A DNA stretch of 64,000 nucleotides, taken from positions 1,860,001 to 1,924,000 of the forward strand of contig NC_081332.1 in assembly GCF_022539665.2 (NCBI RefSeq), written 5' to 3'. Position 1 is the first letter of the stretch. Every line of letters begins with the position of its first letter. The notes under the pieces were generated by a model. It was not told where the DNA came from. It saw only the letters and a list, made by a program, of their open reading frames with translations, and did not search any database. This stretch comes from Daphnia carinata. Taxonomy: Eukaryota. The translations under genes were made by a program, and so were the position numbers. Of this stretch, positions 12,237-26,700 are shown in pieces.

Positions 12237-14013
12237 ATGATCAAAGCCATATTTTTTTCTGAGTTCCATCCAACTTTGGGACCTAAAATAAGCTATCAGG
12301 TACTTTGTTTCTAAACATTTTAATTATGTTCTGTCTAACACGGAAAATTAAAAATGTATTTTTTTTTTTAAATTTCTTAATGTGAACTAGGTGCCAGAAG
12401 ACTATGTGTCTAAGGAAATATTTGATGCAGTTAGTGTTTATATCATTCCTAAAGAGCAACTAGATAGCTGCATCATTACAGTGAATGTATTGGGGCACAA
12501 GATAACAGGTAAGATGTGTGCAGTTTACTCATAGTGCCTCATTTTTGATTTTTTTTAACTTTCCTTAACTCTTTCATCTTTCGTAGGATATCCTGTGCGC
12601 ATATCAGATGAAAAGTATCCACGCAATTTTTTGATTTTCAATCTGTGTTTTGTGTGTGATTCTGATGCCAGAACCGTACAATTTGAGCTAGTTGTGAGGA
12701 AGTTAGCTGAGCATTTGGTGACTCTGGAAGTGGAACAAAACTTTCTGTCCACCGAATCTAACAGAGCATTGCTGCCCAAAATTTTAGGCCAAATTCTCAG
12801 TGATCTCAATCGTTGTGGGTTGTGCACGGTCACAGGTAAATCAAGATAATTTATTTTTGTTTTCCTATTTACTCACCCTCCTTTTAAAAATTAGTTGGGA
12901 CGTCAACGTTACACCTGAAAGTAATTCAGGTTGCTGCCGAGCCTCCTCCGGTATTTGACCACCACGTTCCAGTGTTCACATCGGAATTTGCTCCGTTAAA
13001 GCAAGATTATTGGGACTTAACAACTAAACAGGTGTTTATTTGATAAAACAAACGATCTTTGACAAAATCTTTACACATACAACTGGTTTTGGGACGAGTG
13101 TAGGTATTACCATACATCGATGGACGCAGTCACGTTGCCAGAGTTGCGATCGAGGCCGACGTGGACATCGGTTTGGTCAAGGCCTGTATTCAGAATCTCC
13201 TGTAAGCAAATCTATTCTATTAATCCCCCGTGTTAACAATCTCCCTTATAGATTCTTCTCTTCGTTTTTAGATATTATGGGGTCGTCCAACTCATTCCTA
13301 TCTTCCAGTACAGCAATATGTATGCTGCTACACCCAAACTTAGAGAATTACCCATGAATCCAGAACTGAGTAGAGAATGCATCACTTTCGTCGCCAAATC
13401 TGGTACTCATTTGTCTTGTTTTATTGATTATTTATTCATCTTCTATATTGAAACATTTCAATCCTTATTTAACTGCTCTAGATAGACACCCGCCTTCATT
13501 TAGAGATGTTTTCCAAATGTACTGGTGAGTTGATTCTTATCTCGTTTTCACTACGCAAACTGAACTAACGAACCTTTTTCGTTCTTTCGTAACAGTGGGA
13601 TGACTTACGGTACTACCATCAGAGATCTGTGTGTGCGCTTCAATCCGCACTCACTCCGCATCGACGAGCACCGACTAGTTCAGTTTGGCGTCCTGCAAGG
13701 CATCATTCGCCGGATTTGCAAGGTTAGTGTGTGCCTTACTCTCTCTTTTCCTGGGACTCCTATCGAGTTAACACGTTCCCGATGAACTGTCCGTTTTTTG
13801 TTTTTCTCGCCGTTTTTCTTTTGAATGGGTCAGTATCCGGTGTATAAACCGGAGACGCAACGTGGATCCCATAAGAAACAAATGACCTCGTTGCATCGAT
13901 TGTGCACCGGAGTGGCCTCATACGATGAGATCTGCTGTCGAACTGGATTGTCCTATCACGAATTGGACGAAAAAATCGAAGCCGATGCCGACATCTGCGT
14001 TCTTTGGAAATGA
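12237..14013 (+). CDS. NPRL2: GATOR1 complex subunit NPRL2
   Basis: [23 protein letters not shown]...VYIIPK...[16 protein letters not shown]...WDLTT...LPYIDG...IFQYSNMY...RLVQFG...SYDEICC; all introns join in phase. Confidence 0.95.
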
Positions 14014-15790
14014 AATGTGTTAACGCTCCCCTTTGAATTCAATTCTTTTTATCCCATAGCCCCTTCGATTTTCGTTTCAACCAAACCATTTTTTTTTTTT
14101 TTATTGGCGCATTTCATTCCAAAATGAACAGTTCAACGTTCCCGGATTGAACTCCCTCCTTTTTCTTTTTCATCCTTTGCAATCGGATGCCTCTTTTTGA
14201 TTGCGCAACACAAGACCTAAGTCAGCCGTTCGTGGCTATCGTCACGTTTTTAAATGGACGGACGTCGGACGGGAACAACCCGCACGGAGGGTTAGTTCGA
14301 TATGTTCTTCCCACCGTTTCTCGCAATCGAAAAACAAGAGAGGAGAGGGTATAGAGAGAGAGAGAGAGTCGACGATACATTGGAATTTCCCCCCTTCGCT
14401 TCCCCGTAGGTGAGGGGCACTCACGCAGGCGAGTAGTATTTCCAGACAGCCGTAGAACAGACGATGTACCAGTAAATCTGTCCCGCTTAAAGTTTTGACA
14501 ATCTTCTTTTTTCTTTTTTGCTGGCCGTTAAAATGCTTGGGGAGGGTTTAGAAATGGGAACAAGAAAAACACAAAATTTTCAAAACACACACACACACAC
14601 ACACACTACAAAAGATAGGACTACGCATACTCTTTGTCCCTATTGGCCGTCTGCCAAAAATTCCTCTTGAAAAAAAAAAAAAACGAAAGAAAAGAGACCC
14701 TAATAAGATTTACACGCATCAACATGGGCGCGATGGTAGAGAGAAATATTACAAGCAACAAAAAAAGATAAAAGCCTCTTTTCACTGTTTGAAAAAAAGC
14801 AACATCGAGAGCGTCCATGCCCTCTTGGCATGCGAGGCTTCCGTTCGTGAGAGAGAGATGCCGCGTTCGTCTTTTTTTTTTTTTTCATTCTCGGTCCGCT
14901 CTTAAACTAGCAGACAAGAGTTTATGCTGATAAGGAGTCGACAAGCTTGTCGACAAGTGTTATGTCGGGCGAACCGACACGGCGGTCACAACCCACCCAC
15001 TTGGGCCTATCTCAATGGCCGTATGAAACACTTCTGCCACGACGTGTATGACTATGTTTTTGAAGAGGAGAACTAATCCACCATCTTTTGCCTTACGTTT
15101 CTGCACCATATGTGGCCTTTTCTTTTTGAATATGCTAATCTCGTTAATTAAGAACCGTTTGAATTTGGGGATTTTAAAAAAAAAAAAGCCTGGGCAACGG
15201 TCTTATGTTACTGCCGCTTCCTGCGTGAACATAAGACGGCGTGATTTTTTTTTTTTTTTTTTTCTGGGTGCACCCGGCACAGGGACGATTAGATGTCGAT
15301 CGATTTCCTACCAACAGATTAACCCTATCCCAACCCGTAGATGTATGCGCATATTTTCCATTTGAATCGGCTATCCTGTTGTTCGTCGTCTCTATATAAC
15401 ACCCGCCGGGAAATGGCCGATTACGGCGGCTGTTTTTAGCGTTGGCAATCAAAGACGTTCGTTAACATGCCATTTCTAGTCTGCAATATGTAGACTAGAC
15501 TCTCCTTTTTTTTTTATTATTATTTTTGATTATTTTCGATTCCTTCGCGCGTTGGTCTTGGATTACATTTTTCGAACTCTTGGCCGGGTCTTCATCATCG
15601 ATCATTGACTGGGGCCATGCGGAACCGGCCGTCGATTCTTCCGAGGCGGAAAGTCGAGGACGGCCGCATCACCAGCACGAGTCTTGCGGTGGAGAAAAAG
15701 TTAGGGAAGGAAAAAATTTAAAAATCTGGTTGAAGAAGTCGTCACACAGACTAGAAGGGGGTGCTAATTTGAGAGCTTGATGGACGACAC

Positions 15791-15931
<141 letters not shown>

Positions 15932-18900
15932 AAGTTATTTGCCCCCATCTTGTGCCACTGTCGAGACGAGTCGTACAAACCACACGCGGAAAGACAAACT
16001 CTTTCCATCTCATTACGCAGGCATATAACCCGTTCGGAAAAAAAAAAATTCGAAGGTCTTTTTCTTTCTTATCGTTTTCTTCTTCTTCTAACTGCACCCT
16101 CTTGTTTTCAGCAACTCCTATATCAAGGGCCCTGGGCAGGTCATCATTCTCTTTTTTAGCCCCGCTGGTTCCACATAGTCGCCGTTAAGTATAATGTAGA
16201 CATAACCCCTGAGCGCGCAGTTTGTGTTAGGTACGGTTACACGAGTGGGGGGGAGGGAGACACACAAAAACACACATGGAGTCGAGTTGTTTCGAAATGG
16301 CTACAGAAACGAGACAAGAGAGAGAGAGAGAGAGACAAGGGGGTACGAGAGAGAGAAACGAACAGAGAAATGGAGACAAGCAGATTGCGTATCCTCTTCG
16401 ACTTTGTGTTTCGTGCACCCATAACGCAGGTCTCCATTTTCTATTGGCCCTTTTTTTTTTTTTGTTTGAATTTTTTTGCGCCCGGATATGACCTGTCGCG
16501 CCCGCCGACTTGCACGGCCCTTTTTTTTTTTTCTTCTGAAACTTAGCACAAACGAATGTAGACACGGAGTCAGCGCTATTCGGTCCGTCTTCCGAGAAAC
16601 GGGCAGAATTAGAAAATCGTTCTCTTCTTCTTCTTCTTTGAGTGATGCTCCTCTGTTTTCATGAATGATAGATGAACTTTTTTCATCGTCAGGCAGTTTA
16701 TCAAACTCCGAGCAAAAACGTCATTAATATTTAAAAAAAACAAAAAACAAGATGGCGTGTTCGAACGAAAATCCTTAGGCCTGGTAACATCACACCAACG
16801 GGTTTGCGCAACCCAAACCGGAAAAAGAACATTCATTCATTGTAAATGAAAACAATGAATTCACAGCCAATGGCAATAATTCATTTTTGTTTTAAATAGT
16901 AAGAAATAGCCGAGTCATTTGTTTTTTGGATGGATGGATGTACTTGAACGTAATTGCGTATGCGGGCGACAGATGAAACCGAAACTTAGTCAAACATTGA
17001 ACACCTCAGCAAGAAGAACTGTTGCGATAGTAATAGTGGATGATGATGGTCGTGCTGCGTACACAATAAGTCGATGCCTGTTGAAAGAGGAGCTCTCACT
17101 GGCTGCTGCTGCTGCTGCTGCTGGATGAGTCACGATGCAGATCCGATGAAACGCACAGACAAGCAAATGGAGGCAAAGAAGTCATCGACACTCGCATTCA
17201 GCCGCACGACGTGTTCCATGGCGACGGCCAGACCGCGCAACCGCCTGTCCTAATCAGTTAATTCAATCATCATCACTATAGTATCCCTAGCCCGCTGAAC
17301 GATACCGAAGAAACAAAGACGGACACATTCAAAAAAGAAAAAAACAACAACAGCCATTTGCATAGACAAACACGTTGAGACAAGTTGAACGTCCGGGTGT
17401 CCGATTCTGAACGGACTGACGTTGCCTCATTTTTTTTTTTCTGTCTGATGTTATCAGAACGACCCGTTATGAAGTGATACTTGTTGACAGCTCGGCCAAC
17501 AAGTTGACGACCAATCAGCGCTGATTTAACTTAACCAGACTTGACTAAGGCAGTCAACACCGAAAAGGCTTTTGCATTTGCGTGTTGTTGAATGCTCTTT
17601 TTTCTTGTTTATTGGGGTGACAACGAATGATCTAATAACGAATAGCCCCCCCCCCTCTCCCCACGCATTGTGTCATCTCAAAATATTCAAGCGAACATTT
17701 GCATGCGAAGGGTCGAAGATGACCGGAATCGAAAGCGACAACGAGACATCCCCCTTTTTTCTTTTTCGTTGACGCCATCACGGAATTCCCCCGTCGTAAC
17801 GGAACAGAACAGACAAGGAAATAAAGAAATAAGGGTGGGGGGTTTCTCGTAATACTGTTGGTTAATAACATGCAACCACATCAGCGCTATAGAGGGAAGG
17901 ATGTGAAAGGGGGAGGAAGATCTTTGAACGACGACAAGTCCCTCAGCCATGTACCAATGATTTACTATTAGGCCTAAAAAAAAAAAAGAAAAGACTAACG
18001 CATACTTCCGCAACATGCGTCCGCAGTTTTCGAAAAATGCTCTCCTTTCTTTCCCTAACGAAACGTCAAGAATCGGAAATCGTTTCGTAGGCCTATTTAA
18101 GAGAGGTGAAAAGTCTTTCGACGTTCGTTTGTTTTCTTTTTTGCTGCTGTCCTATGGCGCCAGTAAGACATCGCAGCGTGTGTAGGCCTACATATCAGCT
18201 GTTGCTGCCTCTTTTTCTTGAGTTAGTACACGATTGAAACGAGTCTCGCCGGTAGGTCAGCACAATAAGATCTCAGCATTTTTTTTTTTTATGACAGGCC
18301 TAGACGTTCATGAGGATCGAGTTAAACAAAAACGAAGTAGGCCGCCATACGATGACGTTATACGCAGAGAAAGATGGAAATGTTTGAGCACTTGAGTTCA
18401 GATCGATGCACCTCATCCATGGCATTTCTATCGAAGCGGGTAAAAGAGAAAAAAAAAAAAGGGGGGAAATAGACGAGTTTGACACGCCCAACAAAACATT
18501 TCGAATGTATATATGCATCATATACAAAGGATAGAGAAGACGGGCTTGTGACAGCTGACACTGTGGTCCAGCACTGGCCCTTCTTTTTTGAGGCGGCGAG
18601 GGTGTCGGCGCTCCGTCTGTATAGAAAAAGGTCAGCGGCACCACAGCCGGCCCGTCATCGAATGTTTGCTGGACATCCTCTGATATTACATCGAGGCGAT
18701 GACCTCATCCTTAATGTATATATAATCTATATACATTTTTCCCGCCTTGTCACACTAACGTAATGACTTTATGTACACACACACACACAAACGGCCGTAT
18801 GTGCGTGGGTCTTTTTGATTTGAATAGAAAAAGAAAAACGTTTGAATAACACAGCGAATATAATCGAAATGGGCCGATCATTCGATATGAAAAAAAAAAA

Positions 18901-21354
18901 AAAAAAACGATTGTGCAGTTCATAATCTGTCTGCAACATCTACCGTTGTGAAAAAACAAAAACAAAAAAACATTCGAGTTACGGGATTCGTGTTGCCTTT
19001 GCCATTTAATACGTCGCGCATAGAACCGTGTAACCTCCCGATAACCCTCTTTCATTTATTTATTTTTTATATGGAAGGGCAATAAAAATGAAACAGCCGT
19101 GTGTATGGCCACCATAACTAATGGAGAGACGTCGGCGCAATTTGATACAAAATCATAATCCCCCAGTCCCCGTTTTTCTTTTTCCCAAATCGAATGTACA
19201 TGCCTTCCGCACTGAACCGGTGAACTTGTTACTCAACGCATTCGGGGGTGGTTCTAATATCAACGTTCATAATAACTCACTTTCAGTTGTTTTCCAAACG
19301 AACAGGCATATTCGAATTATTGTGATGACTTAAACAAATTCCGTGTTATTTCATACGCCTGTTACAACGAAGCGCGTAATCAACGATTTGAATAGTGACG
19401 CAATGGGCCAACAGTAAAAAAAAGAGAGTTACGCACCATCGAGGTGATAATACTTTCGGTTTCATTTTCATATACTCGATGACGCCCTCATCCAACAGTT
19501 TCGCTCTTCTCATAAAGAAACTAAAAAGGCGGGGGAGCTTAACGAGCCAATAACAAACATTTTTTACTGCCCCCCCCCCCCCGTCCATCATTAACGCGGA
19601 TCCATTACTTACTCGCCCCATAGATCTATATGTGCGACACGGATTTAAATAGTAAAAAAAAAAAAAAAAAAATGCAAACAAGTCATGGCTTCAAAATACG
19701 TAGGCCGATAACACAATACGCTTTTCTTTTCAATTTTCGATGGTGATGGCGGACCGGCGGCGGCGGCCTGATGGTTCCAGCGTATCCCGTTTCAAGGGGG
19801 TCCAGGCGTCTTACTGGCGACTTTGCACCGGGGGTCTTTTTTTTTTTTATTTTTATTTTTATACGCCCCCCCCCCCCTCTTCAGTAAATAGTCTCATATT
19901 GACTCGGCCCCCCCCCCCCCTTTTTTTTTTCTTTTCGCTTGGAAAAAAAAAATTATTTTTGTGTGTCTGTCTTAAGGGATCGGACCTCGTTAATTTTAAA
20001 TGGTAGATAATTGAATAAATAGTGTCGCGTGCACTGGGGCAGTAAATTATCGGCCAAATTGAATCATCTGCATTTAACACTTGTGGCCTCTCTCTCTCTC
20101 CCTCTCTCTCTCATTAGACTAATGCGCATAATGCGTCTCTCTCTAAATAAAATAAGTGTGTTAACAGCATAAAATCTATTGATAAACAAACAATTAACAA
20201 GTTGATGAACTCTCCCCCCCTTTTTTCTTATTCGTTAAGTTTCCTCCTCCTTTTTTTTTTTTTTTTTTTTTTGTGTGTGTTTTTGTTTTTTAATGAGCCA
20301 TGTCGCATTTTGAAAGCGTCAACGCTTCTTTTTAATTGACTCTGACGATTATATTTAAGCTGTTGATCTTCTCGTCGATGTGAACATTGGCCCCACCGTC
20401 TGAGTAAAGGGCGGGTTAGAGGGGATCTCTTTCGGCCCTTGCGGTGGGTCGCGCGGGAGGGCCGCGGGACGACGTACGGAAGACGGATATGGTGACTGAG
20501 TTGGACTAATGAGCAGCGAAGGCCAAAGAACTTTTACTTTGATTCAATCACGGGGCAAAGCTTGAAAAGAGAAAGAGAAAGAGCGTAGCGGTCTTAATAG
20601 ACGTTCGGTCTATTATGTTGTTACGGTAGCAAAAACCGAAAACGGCGGGAGCCGAAGAGCGCAGGCAAAGAATGCGACGGCGTTCCGTCACGCCGCGTCG
20701 CGTTTGATGGAACAGCCGAGCTCATCCTTATGCATTTCTGAGGCATCAAAACAAAAAAAAAAAAACAAAAAAAAAAACGAGAAGAGGAGCTCGTGACGGG
20801 CAGATCATCAAGCTGAAATTCAGGCGGACGATGTCGGGAACACAGGGGAGGTACGCACAACGAGCAGATGTGAACGTTTGCCAATAACGTAAGTATAATT
20901 CAAATCAATTTTTAACAAACAAACAAGACATCCGTTTTTGTTTTTGTTTTTTGTTTTTTTTTTTCGCACAGTTTAAACTTAATTGAATGTTTTGTTTTAC
21001 ACAGCGTTTTTAACTAGAGGAGATGACCTTCTCGTCCATTCGGGGCAAGTTTTTAACAAAGCGCTAATGTGAGTGTCTCGTGTCTTAACATTGACACCCC
21101 TCTTGTTATTTTGTGTTTGTTTCCCCCCCCCCCCCACACCGTTTATGCAACGGGACTTTTAAAGAGTATGCACATTTATTTATTTTTTTTGTATTTCAGT
21201 ACTCGGTTGCCTTCATCACTCTGACTGCATCCTCGTAAGTGATGACGACGTCCTTTCTTTCTTTTTCAAGGAAAGAAATTCTCGCCGGTGCGGGGCTGTG
21301 AGGTCCCCCAGCATTGCGGGAATCGGGGGACTGGAGCGCCGTGCGCGTCGTTAT

Positions 21355-21700
21355 GTCACAACCAATCAGAGCGCCCTTCATCAATGGTACGTAGAAAAAA
21401 AAAATAATAAAAATAAAGCAAAACTAACAAAACAAAACAAAACAACATATTTTTCTTAAAGTTATAATCCCAACATAGCTCCGGGTGTAGTGTGTGCCTT
21501 TATATATATAAATATCTATTCAAACTAAAAAAAATTCTTACACACACACACACACACACAGACACACTGTAAAGCACACACTTTTGCAGCCGGAATGATT
21601 TGAATAAGAAGAGATTTAAATTATATTTCTTTACATTTTTTTTTGTTTGTTTTTTTTTTTGGCAAGGGGCTTGTCTGATTGGTCGGAGCTCTATTGGCGC
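21355..21700 (+). promoter_or_regulatory. Candidate proximal regulatory region of the homeobox gene (CCAAT boxes)
   Basis: ACCAATCAG at about 21361, CTGATTGGT at about 21676 and ATTGG at about 21693, 190-520 bp upstream of the ATG. Motif evidence only. Confidence 0.35.
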
Positions 21701-21880
21701 TGTTCGAGCTGATCGCAGCAAAAGGAGGAGGAGCTTAAGAAAAAAAAAAAAAAGGGCTCAGCATGTAGAGCTTTAGAAGAAGAAGAAGAAGAAGAAGAAC
21801 TATAGCTGGGCTAGTGTATAGCCGTGCCACTCTATTCGGCTCGCATTCAGTAGTTTGATAGACACTTGAGCAGGGCGGTC

Positions 21881-23676
21881 ATGGCGTCCTATACGTTGCG
21901 CATCAACCAGCCAGCGACGGCCCAGCATCACCACCACCACGCCAGTGGCCAAGTGATCGGCGGATCGGCGGCCAATTATTTCAACGCCAGTGGTCACAAT
22001 CTCGGCCCGTCGTCGAATTGCGCGTCGGGCACGGATCTGTTGGCCGTCAACACCTACCTGGAACGATTCTCGAGCGGTGGGAATAGCACGCCCGCCATGG
22101 CCTATCAGCCGGACGTGACGGTGATGGCCAGTGACAAGTTTAGCAATTTCTACATGAACAATAATAACAACAACAACAACCACAGCTCGGCTGGCAATTA
22201 TCAGAGAATAACGCCGTCGATGGAGAGCCAACAACAACAACAACAGAGTGATTATTTCTTGCCGTATCTTGGCGGATCGCATCAGCAACAGCAGCAGATG
22301 GCTTCCCTGCAACAGCAACAGATCCACCAACAACACCAACAGCACCAACAGCACCAGGAACAACAACAACAGCAACAACAATCGTTACTGGCCCAAGATC
22401 AGCAATGGCCCGTGATGCCTTACGACAATTGCGCAGCGGCAGCGGCGGCTGCGGCGGCCGCCGCCGCCGCCGCTGACACGCTCAAAAGGTTCTCCGTGAC
22501 GCGTCTCATTCAACATCATCATCACCATCATCATCCGATGGAATCGCCTTCGTTAATAGGAGGTGCTAGATCGTCTGCCGCGGGGCCCGGTTGCGACCCG
22601 TTAATTCCCGCCGTCGGTGTAGCCGTTCCTTCCGCCAACCAATCGCCCACGTCGGTCCACGCGCACGGACTGATGCCCTCGGTCAGGGACGATTCGGAGA
22701 CATCATCGCACGCCACCGATAAAAGCGACGGCAAGTCCGCTTGTAATAAAATCAAGAAAATCAAATTTTAATGCCATGTTAAATTGAATTGAATTACAGA
22801 TGAATCTGAAGCCGGTGGCGATCTTGCCAACAAGAGCTGCGCTAAGAAGCGGAGCAGTTCGTCATCGTCTTCGCCTTCGTCGCCGTTGATGTCGCACCAT
22901 CAACGTCACCATCCTCATCACTCGATGTCCAGCGTGTCGTCGTCGAGTGGCGGCGGCAGCAAAAAACCTCGTCGCAACCGGACGACGTTCACCAGCGCTC
23001 AGCTGTCGGCATTGGAGAAAGTCTTTGAGAGGACCCACTACCCCGACGCTTTCGTACGTGAAGATTTGGCCAAGCGGGTCAGCCTCAGCGAAGCCAGAGT
23101 TCAAGTACGTTTCTCTTTTTCTTTTGTGCCTTTGATTATTATTATTACTACGCGTTGCCATGTGTCGATGTCAAGAGCCGGCCAGTGTAAACGACCCAAA
23201 GTGCGCGCATGCAAAAAAAAAAAATAATAATAAATGACGTCCTTCATTCAATCCCCCCCCCCCACCCAGTTTGTCTGTGAACAAACAAAAAAAATGGAGA
23301 AAACAATCCTTCATTTATTTCTCCGTGTTCTATTTCCCTACTGTCACAAAATGAAGACACGCACACAAAATATTATTCATTTTGAAAAGCAAAAAGAAGG
23401 GGAGTAAAATAACATTTGATAAATGGATGAGAAAATGGAGGGGAAAATACGTTTGTTTTTTTTTGCTCGTGAATTTTTCGGCCAAAGTGAAGTGACAACT
23501 GTTGGCTGCCTTATGCTTAATGAAGCCAAGACAAATGTTGTTTCCCTTTTCTTTTTTTTTAACTGTCGACTTTTAACAGTTCACTCTCGATCTTATTGGC
23601 CCCCCCCTCCCTCCTCGTCTTTTTTTCTTACGTCCGCCTCTCTAAACGTGCCGGCATCGTTTTTCTTAAGTTTGGT

Positions 23677-23709
<33 letters not shown>

Positions 23710-26700
23710 GCCATTTCTTCCGTTCATCCGGTGTTTCAAAACGAACGAGATAACAAACGAAGGCAGGAGAAATTTAAAACAACAACAAAAAAAAAAAAAA
23801 TTGGTCGGTCGGCCGGATTCTTAACTGGGGGGGGGGGGGGGGGGGGGGTCATTGAGGACGTTTGTTCAAAACGTTTCGCTAAAAAAGATACAACTCGAGA
23901 TTTTCTTTTCTTTTTTTTTTTTTCTCCATATGGGTGTCGCTTTTAAATTTGCATACGATACAGCCATTGAGAAATAGAATCAAAAAGGTTCTATTTCCAG
24001 ATTCCTCAGCGTCTACGGAAATGCAAAACAACACCCCGCCGTTTCGATTCAATCGTCATTTTTGGGATGACCGACGATATCAACGTCGTTCCAATTTGAA
24101 TTCTCTCTCCCATTGCCTCTCAAAGATGTTCTTGCTAAAAAACTAAAATGGATTGAGGGGACTCAGACAACGGCAGTTTATAGCCGCGCAATCGATCGTC
24201 ACTCGATCCGACTTCTTTTTTTCGCATCAGTTATCAAGAGAACGTTCGTTTTTTTGATTCTTTTCCCGTTTCGGTAGTTTTCATCTCGATTACGTTTGTC
24301 TGCGTGATTTCTTGTTGTTCAGTGTGTTCACAGATTTTTTTTTTTGGGGGGGGGGGGGAAGAAATCGAGTGAATATCACCCGATCTCAAGTTTTCTCGAA
24401 CGATTTGCGCACCGTCAGCGATAAAGCGCTGCGCGTTATTAGTAATGCGACTCCTCTTTCCACTTTCTGAGCTGGTGGCGATGTGTTTTTTTAAACGAAT
24501 TCGCAAGAATAAAAAATCGAAATTTTTTTTCTTGAAAATTTCGTTGAAGACGTGACGACATTGGGAAGCGCGAGCCACTTCACTTTAACCGAACGAAAGA
24601 TGCGAACGCGCACCGCGCAACATAGTTCGTCGATAATAAACGAGCTCTTATTTCAATGTAAAAAGCGGCCACCGCAGAATTATTATTATTATTATTTTTT
24701 TTTTTTTTCACAACTTGTTTCTTGTATTTCGCCGTTATTTTTTTAAGATTTTTTTTTTTTTTTTTTTTTTATTATTGACTTTCTTTTTTTTCTTTCCAAT
24801 GAGAAACTGTCAATAGGTCAATGGGATCAGATGATTGCGATGGCTCGCGAGCGGCCCTCGTCAATCTCGTTCAATGCTAAATAGCGTCATTATCGCTTTA
24901 ATGTAATCTAACCTTTTTTTTTTTTTACATCGTGCGTCAATAGCGCTTCGTGTTTATTTGAATGTATAAAATCATTTACATGTTGCCATTTCGAACAGCC
25001 ACCTCCCCCCCCCCCCCAAGGTTAAAAAGCAATCGAAATTCTAATTTGTTCATTATTTTTGGGGACTGTGTTTTTGCGATGTCCTCCACTTGATTTGGTC
25101 GTGGTCATGGTTACACGTGCTTTGATTTTTTTTTTATTGCAAATTGATTGCAGATTTTTATGGGCAGGGGATTTGATACCATAACATTTGACAGGGGCCA
25201 AAGGTTTAATGTCTACATCAAATTATAGCCACACACGGGTTCTCCTTTTTTAGCCGGGAATGGAGAGCTCAAAACGTCTTGACATAATAAAACTCGGCCA
25301 ATGGATTGGCGTACGAGCTGGGCGCCGCCAGGATAGGCAGACGACTTTGTCGTTATTTCTTTAAAAAAAAATATTTTTTTAATGTTTAAATTCTTCTTCT
25401 TTTTTTTTATGTGTCTGTGGGAGGAGAAGAGGAAGGAATTGTACGTCCCGCCTATCTTTTTCGTCGGTATCTGACGCACCCCCCGCAGTTTTTGAACAGT
25501 AGACATGAGGACAGCGGGTGGGAGGGGATACTTTTCTTATTTTCTTCCGACAAACGACGGCATTCCGCCCATCCGGCCACCCACACCCCTCGCGAGAAAC
25601 ATGGGGTCTCTCTCATTCTGCTTGTTCCTTTTTTCTTTATTTTTCCTCTTCTCTTCGCTGCTGGCGCACCGTCGGTCGGCTGACACGCACCCATCAACTG
25701 TCTCCTCCAATTAGAGCCATTCACTTGGGCGATATATTTAGAGTGAGACGGTGCCATGGGAAAACAAAACAACAACGAAAAAAAAAAACTGCGCCAAACC
25801 AAAAGAAACGGAAAACAATTCCGTGCGCTTCTCCAACATTTCGTTTTGATTTTGTCATTCGTCATTTTGAAAGAAAAAGATGAGAATAAAATCAAAACTT
25901 TGCGATTTGCAGGTGTGGTTTCAAAATCGGCGGGCTAAATTCAGACGAAACGAACGATCGCTTCAATCACCGTCGGCCACCAGCGTGGCAACGTCGCCCA
26001 TCCACCGGGTTGCGACGGCCGTTTCATCGTCCTCGTCGTCGTTCTCGTCGTCGTCGATGACGTCGCCGCCTGTGAGCGGCGCCAAATCACCGTCGGACGT
26101 GAGCGCGTCCGACCAGGCGTCTTTCGCAGCCCGAACGGCCCCCACCGTCCCGTCGCCCAGCAGCTGTACGTTTACATTTGAACAAAAGGCATTTAGGGCC
26201 TTTTGTTGATTCAAATCAAATAGCTCTTCTCTCTCTCTCTCTCTTTCAAAAAGAAAACAATCGTCTATGTTCCCTTTGTTGCTTTTAGTCGATGGACTGT
26301 ACGCGGTAGGCAGCTGGAAGGCCAGCAGTGCAGCCCTGACGGCCCACTCTTCGCCGTCCGGTAGTAGCGCGTCGCCGTCGAGTCATCATGCCGCCGCCTT
26401 GGCTCTCATGCAGTCGAGTAAGTCTCTCTCTCTCTTTTTTGCTTCCTTTGTTCGTTTGTGTGATTGAGTTCTCCTATCCCCCCACCCCCACATCTTCGCT
26501 AATTAATGGTGATATGCAAAAGAGCCTACTGGCATCCGTTAGATTTTTTTGGTTTTACTTGTTTCTCCTCTTTCACGTCACTGTCGTTGGCCATGTGCGA
26601 CGACTTCACGGCCTTCCATTTTTTTTTTTTTTGTAAAGGCGGCTCTCTTGTGCCTTTGACTTGACGTGCGCCCAACAGGTGCCGAATTAAGTTTACGCTC

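Noticed and set aside
15475..15499. Short hairpin tctagtctgca-ata-tgtagactaga
   Set aside because: An 11-bp stem with no context is compatible with chance.
21800..22381. 193-aa Leu/Val-rich minus-strand ORF
   Set aside because: Antisense of the poly-Gln/Asn tracts in Prrx exon 1.
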